Below, one piece after another: positions 1 to 9,886 of a stretch of 64,000 bases of DNA; position 1 is the stretch's first letter; every line of letters begins with the position of its first letter. The stretch is from NCBI GenBank assembly GCA_037481835.1, contig JBBFKW010000002.1:128001-192000 (forward strand), written 5' to 3'. Made by a program: the position numbers and the translations under genes. This stretch comes from Desulfosoma sp. Its GTDB lineage: Bacteria; Desulfobacterota; Syntrophobacteria; Syntrophobacterales; DSM-9756. Under the pieces are notes generated by a model, which saw only the letters and a program-made list of their open reading frames with translations, did no database searches and had not been told where the DNA came from.

Positions 1-2
1 GA

Positions 3-572
3 GCCTTCCTCGTTTACGGCGACATCCGCCCGGGAGACGTGGTCCTGGAATCCGGCGTCGGGTCCGGAGCCCTCACCTTGGCGCTTCTTCGAGCCGTAGG
101 CCCTACGGGGCGTGTCGTTTCCGTGGAAATCCGCCCGGAATTTGCCGAACTGGCTAAGAAAAACATCGAGGTTTTCTTTGGAAAGAACCCGGACAACCAC
201 ACCCTTGTGGTGGGAGACATCACGGCCTCTCCCGTGGCGCTCCACGCCGACCGCGTGGTCTTGGATCTTCCCGAACCGTGGAACGCCGTGGGGGCCGTCT
301 CGGCGTGCCTTCGAACCGGAGGGCTCCTCGTGTCCTTGAGTCCCCAGGTGGGCCAGGTCCAAATGGTGTGCCAGGAACTGAAACGGCACGGCTACGCCAA
401 TGTGACGACCTTTGAGTTGCTCAAGCGCAACTGGAAAATCGACCCGCGCCGGGCCAGGCCCGAAGACCGGATGATCGGTCATACGGGCTTTATCACCGTG
501 GCGAAGAAGATTGCCCGCACGTCGGAGGAGGTTCCGACGATCCGAGATCCTGAAGCCCCCCTGCCGTCGTAA
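3..572 (+). CDS. trmI: tRNA (adenine-N1)-methyltransferase TrmI, 5'-truncated by window edge
   Basis: Open frame from the window edge; SAM motif VLESGVGSGALT, VLDLPEPW and C-terminal RMIGHTGF typical of TrmI/GCD14. Confidence 0.85.
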   Translation, partial: AFLVYGDIRPGDVVLESGVGSGALTLALLRAVGPTGRVVSVEIRPEFAELAKKNIEVFFGKNPDNHTLVVGDITASPVALHADRVVLDLPEPWNAVGAVSACLRTGGLLVSLSPQVGQVQMVCQELKRHGYANVTTFELLKRNWKIDPRRARPEDRMIGHTGFITVAKKIARTSEEVPTIRDPEAPLPS

Positions 573-696
573 AGCCGCACCCGCCGGAACAGCCGGAACA
601 GTGAGTGGTCTCGCCCCGAAACGTCTTCATGAAGTGACGGACGACCACGAGGACGCCCACGAGTATGCAGACTCCCACAAGAAGATGCTGCCACAT
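493..696 (-). CDS. FeoB-associated Cys-rich small membrane protein
   Basis: N-terminal TM helix followed by CSGCSGGC; directly downstream of feoB; RBS aaagga; 3' end overlaps trmI convergently. Confidence 0.7.
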   Translation of the reverse strand: MWQHLLVGVCILVGVLVVVRHFMKTFRGETTHCSGCSGGCGFTTAGGLQDLGSSEPPPTCGQSSSPR

Positions 697-729
697 GGAA
701 AGAATTCCTTTCTCTGAACCTGCTTGCCT

Positions 730-2961
730 CTAGCCCAGGCCCAAGAGCCGACCGCCTTGATAGACGGCGGTTGCGGCCAAAAAGGCCACCGTCGTGTTGA
801 ACGCCATGGAAAAGAGCCCCCATTTCCAAGACCCCGATTCCTTGATGATGCACGTCACGGTGACGAAACACGGCGAATAGAGCATGATGAACACCATGGC
901 GGCGAAAGCGACCAAGGGATTCCAGTGGGGGTCTTGACGCAACCTCTGGCTGAGCGTCGTGCTTTCCCCGGCATCCAGTTCCCCTAGAGAATAGGCCGTG
1001 CCCAAGGTGGAAATGATGACTTCCTTGGCGGCAAATCCACCCACCAGGGCCACGTTGGTCCGCCAGTCGAACCCGCACCAGCGGGTGACCCTTTCCAGTG
1101 CGGTGCCGATCCTGCCGGCAAAGGATGAGCGAAGGGCTGCCGTCGCTTCGTCCCGGGCGATTTCCTTGAGGCGGCGGCGGGCTTCCTCTACGGCGGTGCC
1201 GGCGGCCTGGTCTGTTTCCAGCAAGGATCGATCGTCCGGGGACAGGGATTCCATGACGGCTTGCCGCGCCGCCTGAAAGCGGGTTTTTTCTTCCGCGGAC
1301 AGGCCCGGATAGGTCATGAGGGCCCACAGCAGGACGGATATGGCCACGATGATCGTCCCGGCCTTGCGCACGTACTGCCAGATCCTCTCCCACGTGTGAA
1401 TCATCAATCCCTTGAAGGTGGGAATGCGATACGGGGGAAGCTCCAAAAGAAACGGGCTGCTGGGCCCTCGAAGGATCGTCACCCGAATCACTTTGGCCAG
1501 CACAAGGGCGAAAACCCACGCCAAAAGGGTCAGCAGGAAAAGCATCTGCGCCCGTTTTTCCGCGAAGAAGGCTGCAATCAGCATGGCCAGCACCGGCACC
1601 TTGGCGCCGCAGTTCATGAACGGGGCCGTAAGCAGCGTCGCCAGCCTTTCCCGGGACGTCCGAAGGGTCCTCGTGGCCATGACGCCCGGCACAGCGCACC
1701 CGCCTGCGATGCCGCCGGAGATGATGAATGCCATGAAGGAATTGCCATGCAGGCCGAAGATGCGAAACACCCGGTCCAGCATGTAGGCGGCTCGAGCCAA
1801 GTAGCCCGTGTCCTCCAAGAAGGCGATGGCCAAGAACATGAAGAAGATCAGCGGCACAAAGCCCATGACCCCGCCCACGCCGTCGATAATGCCGGAGACC
1901 ACGAGAGAGCGCAGCGGCCCTTCCGGCAGAACCCCTTCGGCCCAGCGGCTCAGGGCGGCGAAAGCGGCTTCGAACCACTGCACGGGAAGCTCGCTGTAGG
2001 TGAAAGTGATTTCGTAAACCCCGTACAGCACGGCCACCATGACGATGGGGCCGAAGAATCGGTTGGTGAGCACCCGATCGATCTGATCCGAGAGGTGGAG
2101 CCGGTTGCCTTTGAAACGCTGCTCCAAAACACCGTCCTTGAGCAGTGCCGCGATAAAACCGTAGCGGTGGTCGGCGATGATGGCTTCCGGGTAACTATCC
2201 AGCGTCTTTTGAATATGCTCGGTCACCTTGGCGGCCATGGTCTCCAGCATTTGGGAGACCCCGGGGTCCTTCTCCCGCCCCTTTTTTTTGACCTGCTCGT
2301 CTTCTTCCAGGTATTTCAAAGCCGTCCAGCGGGCGGGGTAGAGGTCCGTGAGGAATCCCGATTCTTCGATGATCTTTTCCATGTCCGCAAGGACCGGGTC
2401 CACATCGGGCCCGTAGGAAATGCGCAACGGCTGCCAATGCCTCTCAGAGCGGGCAAGATCCACGGCCGCCCGAATGACGGCGTCCTTGCCTTCCCCGCGC
2501 CGTGCCACCGTGGGCACCACGGGCACCCCCAACCGCTTGGAAAGTTCCTCGGCGTTGATGCGAACCCCGCGTCCTTCCGCCACATCGATCATATTGAGCG
2601 CCACCACCACGGGAACACCCAGTTCCAACAGCTGCAGCGTCAGGTAGAGGTTGCGGTCCAGGTTGGACGCATCCACAATGTTGATAACCACTTCCGGGCG
2701 CTCGTGGACCAGGAAGTCCCTCGCGACCAGCTCTTCCAGGGAATAGGCCGTGAGGGAATAGGTTCCCGGCAGATCCACCAAACGGATCTGCCGTCCGTTG
2801 AGAGCGTACAGCCCTTCTTTCTTTTCCACCGTAATGCCGGGATAGTTGCCCACATGCTGGCGCGCACCCGTGATGGCGTTGAAAAGGGTCGTTTTGCCGC
2901 AGTTGGGATTGCCCGCCAGGGCGAAAAGATGCTCGCGGGTCTCTTGAGAGGTTCGGGTCAC
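730..2961 (-). CDS. feoB: Ferrous iron transport protein B
   Basis: GTPase motifs GNPNCGKT, VGNYPGITVE, DLPGTYSL, NMID plus multi-TM gate domain (LEDTGY, PFLLELPPY). Confidence 0.97.
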   Translation of the reverse strand: MTRTSQETREHLFALAGNPNCGKTTLFNAITGARQHVGNYPGITVEKKEGLYALNGRQIRLVDLPGTYSLTAYSLEELVARDFLVHERPEVVINIVDASNLDRNLYLTLQLLELGVPVVVALNMIDVAEGRGVRINAEELSKRLGVPVVPTVARRGEGKDAVIRAAVDLARSERHWQPLRISYGPDVDPVLADMEKIIEESGFLTDLYPARWTALKYLEEDEQVKKKGREKDPGVSQMLETMAAKVTEHIQKTLDSYPEAIIADHRYGFIAALLKDGVLEQRFKGNRLHLSDQIDRVLTNRFFGPIVMVAVLYGVYEITFTYSELPVQWFEAAFAALSRWAEGVLPEGPLRSLVVSGIIDGVGGVMGFVPLIFFMFLAIAFLEDTGYLARAAYMLDRVFRIFGLHGNSFMAFIISGGIAGGCAVPGVMATRTLRTSRERLATLLTAPFMNCGAKVPVLAMLIAAFFAEKRAQMLFLLTLLAWVFALVLAKVIRVTILRGPSSPFLLELPPYRIPTFKGLMIHTWERIWQYVRKAGTIIVAISVLLWALMTYPGLSAEEKTRFQAARQAVMESLSPDDRSLLETDQAAGTAVEEARRRLKEIARDEATAALRSSFAGRIGTALERVTRWCGFDWRTNVALVGGFAAKEVIISTLGTAYSLGELDAGESTTLSQRLRQDPHWNPLVAFAAMVFIMLYSPCFVTVTCIIKESGSWKWGLFSMAFNTTVAFLAATAVYQGGRLLGLG

Positions 2962-3200
2962 GGGGATTCCTCCACGTCCACGAAAATGTGATCCGCTTCA
3001 TTGTTGCGCAAAGTGAGCGTAAATTGACGCACGCGAACGGCGACCGGATCCTTGAGGGGCGCTCTTCCCTGGACCTGGATGGGCGTTCCCGGCACAAGCC
3101 CCATGTCGCGGATGCGCCGGCCCAGCTCGCCGGTGGCCGTCACCTTCACAATGACTCCGCGCTGCTTCGGTTCCATGTGTCGCAAAAGCACTGTCGGCAT
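2958..3200 (-). CDS. feoA: Ferrous iron transport protein A
   Basis: RRIRDMGLVPGT..RAPLKDP FeoA signature; overlaps the feoB start. Confidence 0.93.
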   Translation of the reverse strand: MPTVLLRHMEPKQRGVIVKVTATGELGRRIRDMGLVPGTPIQVQGRAPLKDPVAVRVRQFTLTLRNNEADHIFVDVEESP

Positions 3201-3214
3201 AAAGCGCCTCGATG

Positions 3215-3232
3215 ATTAGGGGGCGCTAACTT
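3215..3232. promoter_or_regulatory. Candidate DtxR/MntR-family metal-responsive operator (TTAG-N6-CTAA)
   Basis: ATTAGGGGGCGCTAACTT just upstream of the feoA RBS; similar copy at 3628-3645. Confidence 0.5.
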
Positions 3233-3302
3233 TAGAGACATGAAAAGAGCGGCCCATATGGCCGCTCCGAAAGACAACCTTCACCGAACAGGTCGGCGTC
3301 GA

Positions 3303-3599
3303 TCACGCCGATTGGCCGCACACCAGGATCTTGTTGCTCACCCCGACTCCGAGACTCAAGGTGCTCCCGTGCACCTTGATGAGGCACGGGCGGTCGCATC
3401 CGGCACACAGCACCTCCACTTCGGCTCCCGGGTAAATGCCGAGGGCGGCCATGCGCGCGCACAAGTTCCGTCCCCCTTCGATGCGCTGGACGAGGAGTTT
3501 TCGTCCCGCCGGCGCTTGAGACAAAGGAACGACCGACTCCCGGCAACCATTGTCCGTTCTGCATGGAGAAAAACATCGCATCATGGGCCACCACCTCAT
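3303..3599 (-). CDS. feoA: FeoA-family protein (second copy)
   Basis: ARMAALGIYPGAEVEV..LIKVHGSTLSLG..KILV; RBS AAGGAG before the ATG. Confidence 0.85.
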   Translation of the reverse strand: MRWWPMMRCFSPCRTDNGCRESVVPLSQAPAGRKLLVQRIEGGRNLCARMAALGIYPGAEVEVLCAGCDRPCLIKVHGSTLSLGVGVSNKILVCGQSA

Positions 3600-3627
3600 C
3601 GTGCCGCTCCTTTGGCATTGGACGGAT

Positions 3628-3658
3628 ATTAGTTAAGCCAAACTTTTCCCCCTGTCAA
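3628..3658 (-). promoter_or_regulatory. feo operon sigma70-type promoter with overlapping DtxR/MntR-like box
   Basis: Minus strand TTGACA-N17-TAACTA; box ATTAGTTAAGCCAAACTT (3628-3645) overlaps the -10. Confidence 0.55.
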
Positions 3659-3941
3659 GGGGAATCCTCCGTTCACGGAGCCTTCTCCTTTCTAGTCGGC
3701 CGATTTTCAGAATTTCCTGATACCCTTGAGCGCTCAGTTCCTGAAGCCCTGGTGGGCCGCTTGAGTTGCTCGTCTTTTGGAGCGCAGTGGCCGATGATCG
3801 CTCATCTTGCCGCGATGGACACCTCTCGCCCCATGCCCAGGGGACCTTGGCGGCTTTCTTTTCGTTCGAGAAGCGTGATAGAGACAATCCCTGGAAAAGG
3901 ACCGGCGAGATCGGGACGGCTCAAAGGGGGATGATTTTCCC

Positions 3942-5912
3942 ATGACACATGAAACGCCTTCCGGACGCCGACGGGGTATCGAGCTCCGGCGTGGCCTTGA
4001 AGCGGCGCAGGACGGCGACTGGAAAACCATAGGGCGCTTGCTGTGCGACATGACAAGGATTCCCCTGGCACATGTCCCCGGCGATGTGTTGGAATTTCTA
4101 TTTGATCTTATTTTTTGGTGCTACGGAACGACCCCTTGCCTCGACTCCTGTGGGCTGGGTTCGAAAACGCCGGAGGCGGAAGGATCGGGATTTCCCGCTC
4201 CCTTCTTGCTGGCGAAGATCCAAAAGGCTCTCTCGGCCCTCCCGACCTTCCTGCAAACGAAAACGTACCCTTTGACCGGGGTGGCCGCTTTGGGAATTCC
4301 GGTGCCGAGGCCTTTTCGGAAATCCCCGGGGCGCTCTGTGTGGAGGCGCCGTTTTCGAATCCTTCGGCGTCGCCTTCTGGAAAATCCTGGGGCCGAACCA
4401 AGGCGAAACGGTCTTCCGAAGAAAGATGAGCAGTTCTTTGCGCCCGTGACCTTAAGCGATCTTTCGAGGTTGTGGCAGCCGGGTCCCGGAAGGGGATGTC
4501 TCCCGTTTCGCCCCGGGCGCTTTCTCAAGATCGGCCGTTGTCTCGCCCCTCCTGTGCGCCGGTCCGCATCTTGTCAAAGCCCTTTTTTCCCGGCATCGGA
4601 TAGGGCCCCGAAGGGTCCGGCAGGGTTCCGGCGTGGACGTGCGCGCCAGAGGTCCGCCGTGGAATTCTGGGGCGGACTCGGTGCGGGCGCCGTGCGGTTC
4701 CTGGAAGAACTCGTTGATGCCGTTGCGGAAGAGCTGCGGGCCGTACGGCGTCTGGCCGAGGCGGTGAGTCGTGCGCGGCGCCGGGTGGTTTTGAGCCTTC
4801 ACAATGCGGCCTCAGCCGCATGCAGCGGCTGGGCTTTTCAAGACATGGTCCGCCAATTCGGGCAGAGGCGAACGGCGGAGCTTTTCTTTAAGAATGTCAA
4901 GGACCGGCTGAGCGTCCCCCTCCTTTCCGAAAGGGTTCCCTCCAGCGAACCGATGCTTCAAAGACTTTGGGCGGCATGGCAGGATCGGCTGATCAGGCCG
5001 AAAGCTCTCCATGGTCTGTGGGACGCGTGGAGCCGCTCCGTTCTGGGTGGGCCTAATGAGCTTGATGCGGCGGCACGGGCGTTTGAAGATCTTTTTCCCA
5101 TGACGCCCGCTGTTGTCATGGCTGAGACCGCGCCGCTGGCCTGGTCGGGATGGCTCAGCCCTCAGCAGCAGTTTTCGTGGCGGATTGTGGAGGCCTGGCG
5201 GCGGGAAAAGAAGGCGCTTTGGGTGCCGGGATTCCGATGCCTCAAAGCCCTTCTTCAGGAAGCCCAGCAGAGGCTGGACGCGGGAGACGCGGACGCTCTC
5301 GTGGTTCCATGGATCGACAAGTTCTTCATCTCATCCAAGAGGGAAGGGGACCTGGACTATCTGCGCATGCTTTTGGACTGGCTGCGCATGGAAGGGCTTT
5401 CTCCTCTCGTCCTCTTCTGGGAAGACACGACGCGGGGACACGATCCCACCTTGGCCGTGGCCCTGAGAAGCCGATGGGCGGCCTCGCAGTTCATGGGCTT
5501 CGGCGTTTTCGGCGATGGAACGTGGACACGGCGCGACGCCGAGGGTATTTTGACAAGGACGGCCGAACCGGGCTGCCTCTATGTGCTGAGGCCTCTCGAC
5601 GACACGCACCGGCCTCTGTCCGTGGAAGCCGTGCTCCATGGGCGTGCGGATCGGAGGGATTTTTTTGCCATGTACGATTCGTCGTGGAAGGACGGCACCT
5701 ACGCCTTTTATGCAGGCACCCAGGTGGCCCCGCTGACATCCATCGCCACGGAACCGGAAAAGATTCCTCCCTGGGTGATGGTGCGTGGGGTTCGGCGAGC
5801 TCTGGGATGGTATTTTCGCCTCGCCATCAGACAGCGGGCCCTTGGAGGCGACGACGAGCCAATTCGGCCTCCGGCGATCCGGCTTTACGAGCGGTTTGCC
5901 AATCTCCTCTAG
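3942..5912 (+). CDS. Hypothetical protein (656 aa)
   Basis: Long ORF filling the gap between feo and pcm; no recognised motif. Confidence 0.65.
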   Translation: MTHETPSGRRRGIELRRGLEAAQDGDWKTIGRLLCDMTRIPLAHVPGDVLEFLFDLIFWCYGTTPCLDSCGLGSKTPEAEGSGFPAPFLLAKIQKALSALPTFLQTKTYPLTGVAALGIPVPRPFRKSPGRSVWRRRFRILRRRLLENPGAEPRRNGLPKKDEQFFAPVTLSDLSRLWQPGPGRGCLPFRPGRFLKIGRCLAPPVRRSASCQSPFFPASDRAPKGPAGFRRGRARQRSAVEFWGGLGAGAVRFLEELVDAVAEELRAVRRLAEAVSRARRRVVLSLHNAASAACSGWAFQDMVRQFGQRRTAELFFKNVKDRLSVPLLSERVPSSEPMLQRLWAAWQDRLIRPKALHGLWDAWSRSVLGGPNELDAAARAFEDLFPMTPAVVMAETAPLAWSGWLSPQQQFSWRIVEAWRREKKALWVPGFRCLKALLQEAQQRLDAGDADALVVPWIDKFFISSKREGDLDYLRMLLDWLRMEGLSPLVLFWEDTTRGHDPTLAVALRSRWAASQFMGFGVFGDGTWTRRDAEGILTRTAEPGCLYVLRPLDDTHRPLSVEAVLHGRADRRDFFAMYDSSWKDGTYAFYAGTQVAPLTSIATEPEKIPPWVMVRGVRRALGWYFRLAIRQRALGGDDEPIRPPAIRLYERFANLL

Positions 5913-5997
5913 GGCGGGAAAAAGGAATTGACTTTATTTTCAAATAGTTCTAAGCGTTACAGTGAGTTGGATTCCCAAACCCGATGCGTACGGCGTG

Positions 5998-6645
5998 ATG
6001 AACAACAATTTCCAAAAAGCCCGTGACAAGATGGTGGACACCCAGCTGGTCACGCGGGGGATTTACGATCCTCGGGTGCTGGCGGCCATGCGCAAGGTGC
6101 CCAGGCATCTTTTCGTCAGCGAAGCGTTGCAATCTCAGGCCTATGCGGATCATCCGCTGCCCATCGGCGACAAGCAGACCATCAGCCAACCCTACATCGT
6201 GGCGCTCATGACCGAGGCGCTCCAACTCAAGGGGCATGAAAAGGTCCTGGAAATCGGCACGGGCTCGGGCTATCAGACGGCCATCCTGGCGGAACTGGCC
6301 GATCGGGTTTTCAGCATCGAGCGACTTCCCGGGCTGTTGCACAGGGCACGCCACGTCTTGGAAAAGCTGGGCTACCGCAACGTGATTCTCAAGGTCGGGG
6401 ACGGCACCATGGGCTGGCCGGAAGAGGCGCCTTTCGACGCCATTTTGGTGTCGGCTGGAGCACCCAAGGTGCCGCAGCCCTTGGTAGACCAGTTGGCCAT
6501 GGGAGGCCGCCTTGTCCTTCCTGTGGGAGACCGGCTGAGTCAGGATTTGGTGCTCGTGGAGCGGGTGCCGGAGGGGATTCGCAAGAGCAGTCTAGGTGGG
6601 TGCCGTTTTGTGGATCTCATTGGCAAGTGGGGCTGGGAAGAGTAA
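5998..6645 (+). CDS. pcm: Protein-L-isoaspartate O-methyltransferase
   Basis: [29 protein letters not shown] motifs; TTGACT-N17-TAAGCG promoter-like sequence at 5928-5956. Confidence 0.95.
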   Translation: MNNNFQKARDKMVDTQLVTRGIYDPRVLAAMRKVPRHLFVSEALQSQAYADHPLPIGDKQTISQPYIVALMTEALQLKGHEKVLEIGTGSGYQTAILAELADRVFSIERLPGLLHRARHVLEKLGYRNVILKVGDGTMGWPEEAPFDAILVSAGAPKVPQPLVDQLAMGGRLVLPVGDRLSQDLVLVERVPEGIRKSSLGGCRFVDLIGKWGWEE

Positions 6646-6662
6646 ACGGCGAAGGACGCACC

Positions 6663-7820
6663 ATGAACGAAGCGATGGGGGAGGAACCGCGTTCGGCCGA
6701 CATTCTGGAAGAGAACCGGCTGCTTCGCCAGGAACTGGAAAGGCTTGTTCACACGGCGGCCGCCAATGAAAAGATTTGGCGGCACATGGTGGAGATCGAA
6801 CGCGTGCTGTTCCGGACGCGGGAATTCGATCGGCTGGCGTCGGAACTCCTGAAGGAGATTCGGGCCCGGTTCGACGTGGACGGGGTCGCCCTGATCATCA
6901 CCCATCCGGACGTGGTGGATCGTTTCTTCCCCCAGTTGCTCAACGGCGGCGGATGCCGAAGCCTGCAAAGCGACGGCGGCACCTGCATCCTCGCCCTGAC
7001 GGATCCGCCGACCCGACGCGAACTCACGGAGAAGGTGGCCGAGCCCGTGTTGCTTCGTGGGGAGGAGGCTTTGAGGGCGCTCTTGGCCCAGATGCCCCCC
7101 CTTCCCGAGGGGTTTTGCCCCATCGGTTCAGCCGCCCTGGTCCCGCTCACCATTCATGAGCTTTCCTATGGTTTTTTGCTCCTTACCTGTTCCGATCCCG
7201 ATCATTACCGGCCCGGGGACGGCACGGAACTGCTGGCCCAAATGGGCGTCAAGATCGCCTTGTGCATGGACAACTGCCTGGCCTACGAACGCGTGAAGGA
7301 TTTGTCCGATCGCGACGCACCGACGGGGCTATTGAATTTTTTTCAAATCCACAACGTGCTGGAACGGGAATTCCGAAGGGCCCGGCGGCTCGGCACGCCC
7401 CTGTCGCTCCTTGCCGTCGATTTGGAGTTCGTGGACGAGGCGGCGGAACACGAGGACATGGTGGACCCGGTGTTGCGGCACGTGGGGGAACTCCTGCGCA
7501 CGACTTTTCCCGACGGCGACGGCTTCATCGGGCGCTACGGCAGCGTGGAATTCCTGGTGGTGTGCCCGTATGCGGATGAAAACGAAGCCCGGACCCTGGC
7601 GTCCAACCTGTACGACCTCATCCGCCGCTCCCCGCTGAGGCGTTCGAAAACGGTGATCCTTATTAAGCCGCGCATCGGGACTGGAACGCTGACTCCCGCC
7701 ATGGAAAAGGCTCACGAGCTTCTCGATGCGGCCCAAAGGGCTCTGTGCCTCCTCAAGACATCCCAAGCCCCGCACACAGGCTTATCGGTCCCTTCGTCGG
7801 ACACGGCCTCCCCCGCCTAG
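6663..7820 (+). CDS. Coiled-coil/GAF (DUF484-like) plus degenerate GGDEF-domain protein
   Basis: N-terminal coiled coil, GAF-like region, DxxTGLLN linker; GGDEF motif reads RYGSVEF. Confidence 0.75.
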   Translation: MNEAMGEEPRSADILEENRLLRQELERLVHTAAANEKIWRHMVEIERVLFRTREFDRLASELLKEIRARFDVDGVALIITHPDVVDRFFPQLLNGGGCRSLQSDGGTCILALTDPPTRRELTEKVAEPVLLRGEEALRALLAQMPPLPEGFCPIGSAALVPLTIHELSYGFLLLTCSDPDHYRPGDGTELLAQMGVKIALCMDNCLAYERVKDLSDRDAPTGLLNFFQIHNVLEREFRRARRLGTPLSLLAVDLEFVDEAAEHEDMVDPVLRHVGELLRTTFPDGDGFIGRYGSVEFLVVCPYADENEARTLASNLYDLIRRSPLRRSKTVILIKPRIGTGTLTPAMEKAHELLDAAQRALCLLKTSQAPHTGLSVPSSDTASPA

Positions 7821-7952
7821 AAAAACCAGCGGAGAAAAGGCCCCTCAGCCCCTTAAAGGCGTCGGGGAAAGGGGGGCGGGCGGCTCCACGGAACGCCGCC
7901 CCATCATCATAGGGCAGGGCGTGCGTCTTCTGGTCTGGGAGGTGCGCTGTGC

Positions 7953-8795
7953 TTAGAGTTCCGGGAGCATGGCGCGCAGGGCCGTTCCTGAAAAGACGGG
8001 GCCGTCCACGCACACGTACGTCCCGCCGATGTTACACCGACCGCACAGCCCAATGCCGCACTTCATGCGGCGTTCCAGGGTGGTGTAGATCTGATCGTCG
8101 TCGTATCCCAGTTGTTTCAATCCTGCCAGGACGAATTTGATCATGATGGGCGGACCGCAGGTGACGGCCACACGGTTGTAGGGACTGGGAGCTTCTTCGG
8201 CGAGCACCGTGGGGACGAAGCCGACCCGTTCCCGCCAGCCGGGGGAGTCGGCATCCACGGTGAGGATGAGATTGACGCCGGCGGCGCGCCAGGCATCGAA
8301 TTCGTACCGATAACACAAGTCCTGGGGAGATCGTGCGCCGTAGATGACCGTGATGTCTCCGAAGTCGGCCCGATTGTCGATCATGGTGAGCAGCAGGGTG
8401 CGCAGCGGCGCCATGCCGATGCCGCCTCCCACAAAGAGCACGTCCCGGCCTTTCATGGAGGCGTAGGGGAAGCTGTTTCCCAGGGGAGCGCGTACGCCGA
8501 CGGTGTCGCCGATGTTCAGTTGGTGCAGGGCGCGGGTGACTTCTCCCGTTCGCATGACGCTGAACTGAAGCGTCTCTCTGCGGGTCGGGGGAGAATTGAT
8601 GACGAAAGTGGATTCCCCGACGCCGAAGACGGACAGCTGGCCCACCTGCCCCGGCTGGAAGGAAAAGGCGGCCATGGCGGCAGGATCGTCCAAAACGATG
8701 CGGAACGTTCGAATCGCCGGCGTTTCCTCGATGATCTCGCGAATGGTCGCTTTATGGGGGAGATAGGGATTCGCCTTGAGAAGGGCTCTAGACAT
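7953..8795 (-). CDS. flxA: FAD/NAD-binding oxidoreductase subunit FlxA (AsrB/PyrK-like)
   Basis: FQPGQ, GGGIGMAP, CGPPIM, ERRMKCGIGLCGRC...CVDGP 2Fe-2S motif; last gene of the hdr-flx cluster. Confidence 0.85.
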   Translation of the reverse strand: MSRALLKANPYLPHKATIREIIEETPAIRTFRIVLDDPAAMAAFSFQPGQVGQLSVFGVGESTFVINSPPTRRETLQFSVMRTGEVTRALHQLNIGDTVGVRAPLGNSFPYASMKGRDVLFVGGGIGMAPLRTLLLTMIDNRADFGDITVIYGARSPQDLCYRYEFDAWRAAGVNLILTVDADSPGWRERVGFVPTVLAEEAPSPYNRVAVTCGPPIMIKFVLAGLKQLGYDDDQIYTTLERRMKCGIGLCGRCNIGGTYVCVDGPVFSGTALRAMLPEL

Positions 8796-9849
8796 GGGCG
8801 TCCTCCGTCTGGGACAGGGCACGGACGATGGCGCGGATGTCCATGGAAACCGGGCAGGACCGGATGCAGCGGCCGCATCCGCAGCAGGCGATTCGGCCGT
8901 GTTTTTCAGGAAAATAGGAAAACTTGTGCCCGACGCGGTTGCGATACCGTTCGGCCTTGGATGGCCGGGGGTTGTGCCCGCTGGCTTCCTGGGTGAAATG
9001 ATGGAACATGCAGGCGTCCCACGAACGGAGCCGTTCCCCGTGGATGCCGTCGGATTCGTCCGTGATGGTGAAGCAGTAGCACGTAGGGCACACAAAAGTG
9101 CACAGGCCGCAACTCAGGCATCGTTCGGTCCAGAGCCTCCAGAAGGCGGCGTCGGAAAAGCGTTTCCGAAAATCGTCACTAGGGGATACCAGAGCCGCGT
9201 CTTCCAACCTTTGTGCGCGCCCCTGTTCCAATGCAGCCTGAGCCTCTTGGTGCTGGGCGAGGGTCGGCTGAACGCCCACGCCCTCCAAAAACCTTTCGCC
9301 TTTAGCGGTTACGGCCCGGAAGATGTGTCCCTCGGTTACGGGGATCATCTGGACGTCGCTTCCTTCTTCATCCGCCGGGTGACTTCCCACGGCGTGACAA
9401 AAACAGGCCGCATCCCACGTTCGGCACACCCTGGAGACCACGACCGCGCGTTCCCGACGCTCCCGATAGTAGGGGTCTGCGTAAGGGCCCTGAAGGAAGG
9501 CTTCGTCGAAGACGAGAAACCCGCGGGCATCACACGGCGGGCAGCCGAAAAGAACGGCGCAATCGACCGGGAGCACGTCTTCAAAAGACAGTCGATAGCC
9601 CGATGGGGCCGAAGGGTCCTTGTCTTTTTGAAACCGCAGGAGCACTTCCCCTTGGGGATAGAGAACCCCCTTGGCTGAAAGGGACGGCAGACGCCGAAAA
9701 TCGGGCCGGGATCCCGGCGTGAAGGGCTTATATGAGACAACCTGGGGGTGAGCGGGATCCGGGTCGGGGACCCAAACCGTGGCCTTTTCTGCCAGTCGGG
9801 CAAGCCAGCTGAGCAGATCCTCATGGGAAAGAAAGCAGGTCCTTTTCAT
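8788..9849 (-). CDS. flxB: 4Fe-4S subunit FlxB (AsrA-like)
   Basis: CLSCGLCTFVCPTCYC, RxRxWDAC, CCGCGRCIRSCP; RBS AAGGAG. Confidence 0.85.
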   Translation of the reverse strand: MKRTCFLSHEDLLSWLARLAEKATVWVPDPDPAHPQVVSYKPFTPGSRPDFRRLPSLSAKGVLYPQGEVLLRFQKDKDPSAPSGYRLSFEDVLPVDCAVLFGCPPCDARGFLVFDEAFLQGPYADPYYRERRERAVVVSRVCRTWDAACFCHAVGSHPADEEGSDVQMIPVTEGHIFRAVTAKGERFLEGVGVQPTLAQHQEAQAALEQGRAQRLEDAALVSPSDDFRKRFSDAAFWRLWTERCLSCGLCTFVCPTCYCFTITDESDGIHGERLRSWDACMFHHFTQEASGHNPRPSKAERYRNRVGHKFSYFPEKHGRIACCGCGRCIRSCPVSMDIRAIVRALSQTEDAHV

Positions 9850-9886
9850 AAAGCTCCTTGAGGGCATCCATGGCGGAATGGGAGTC

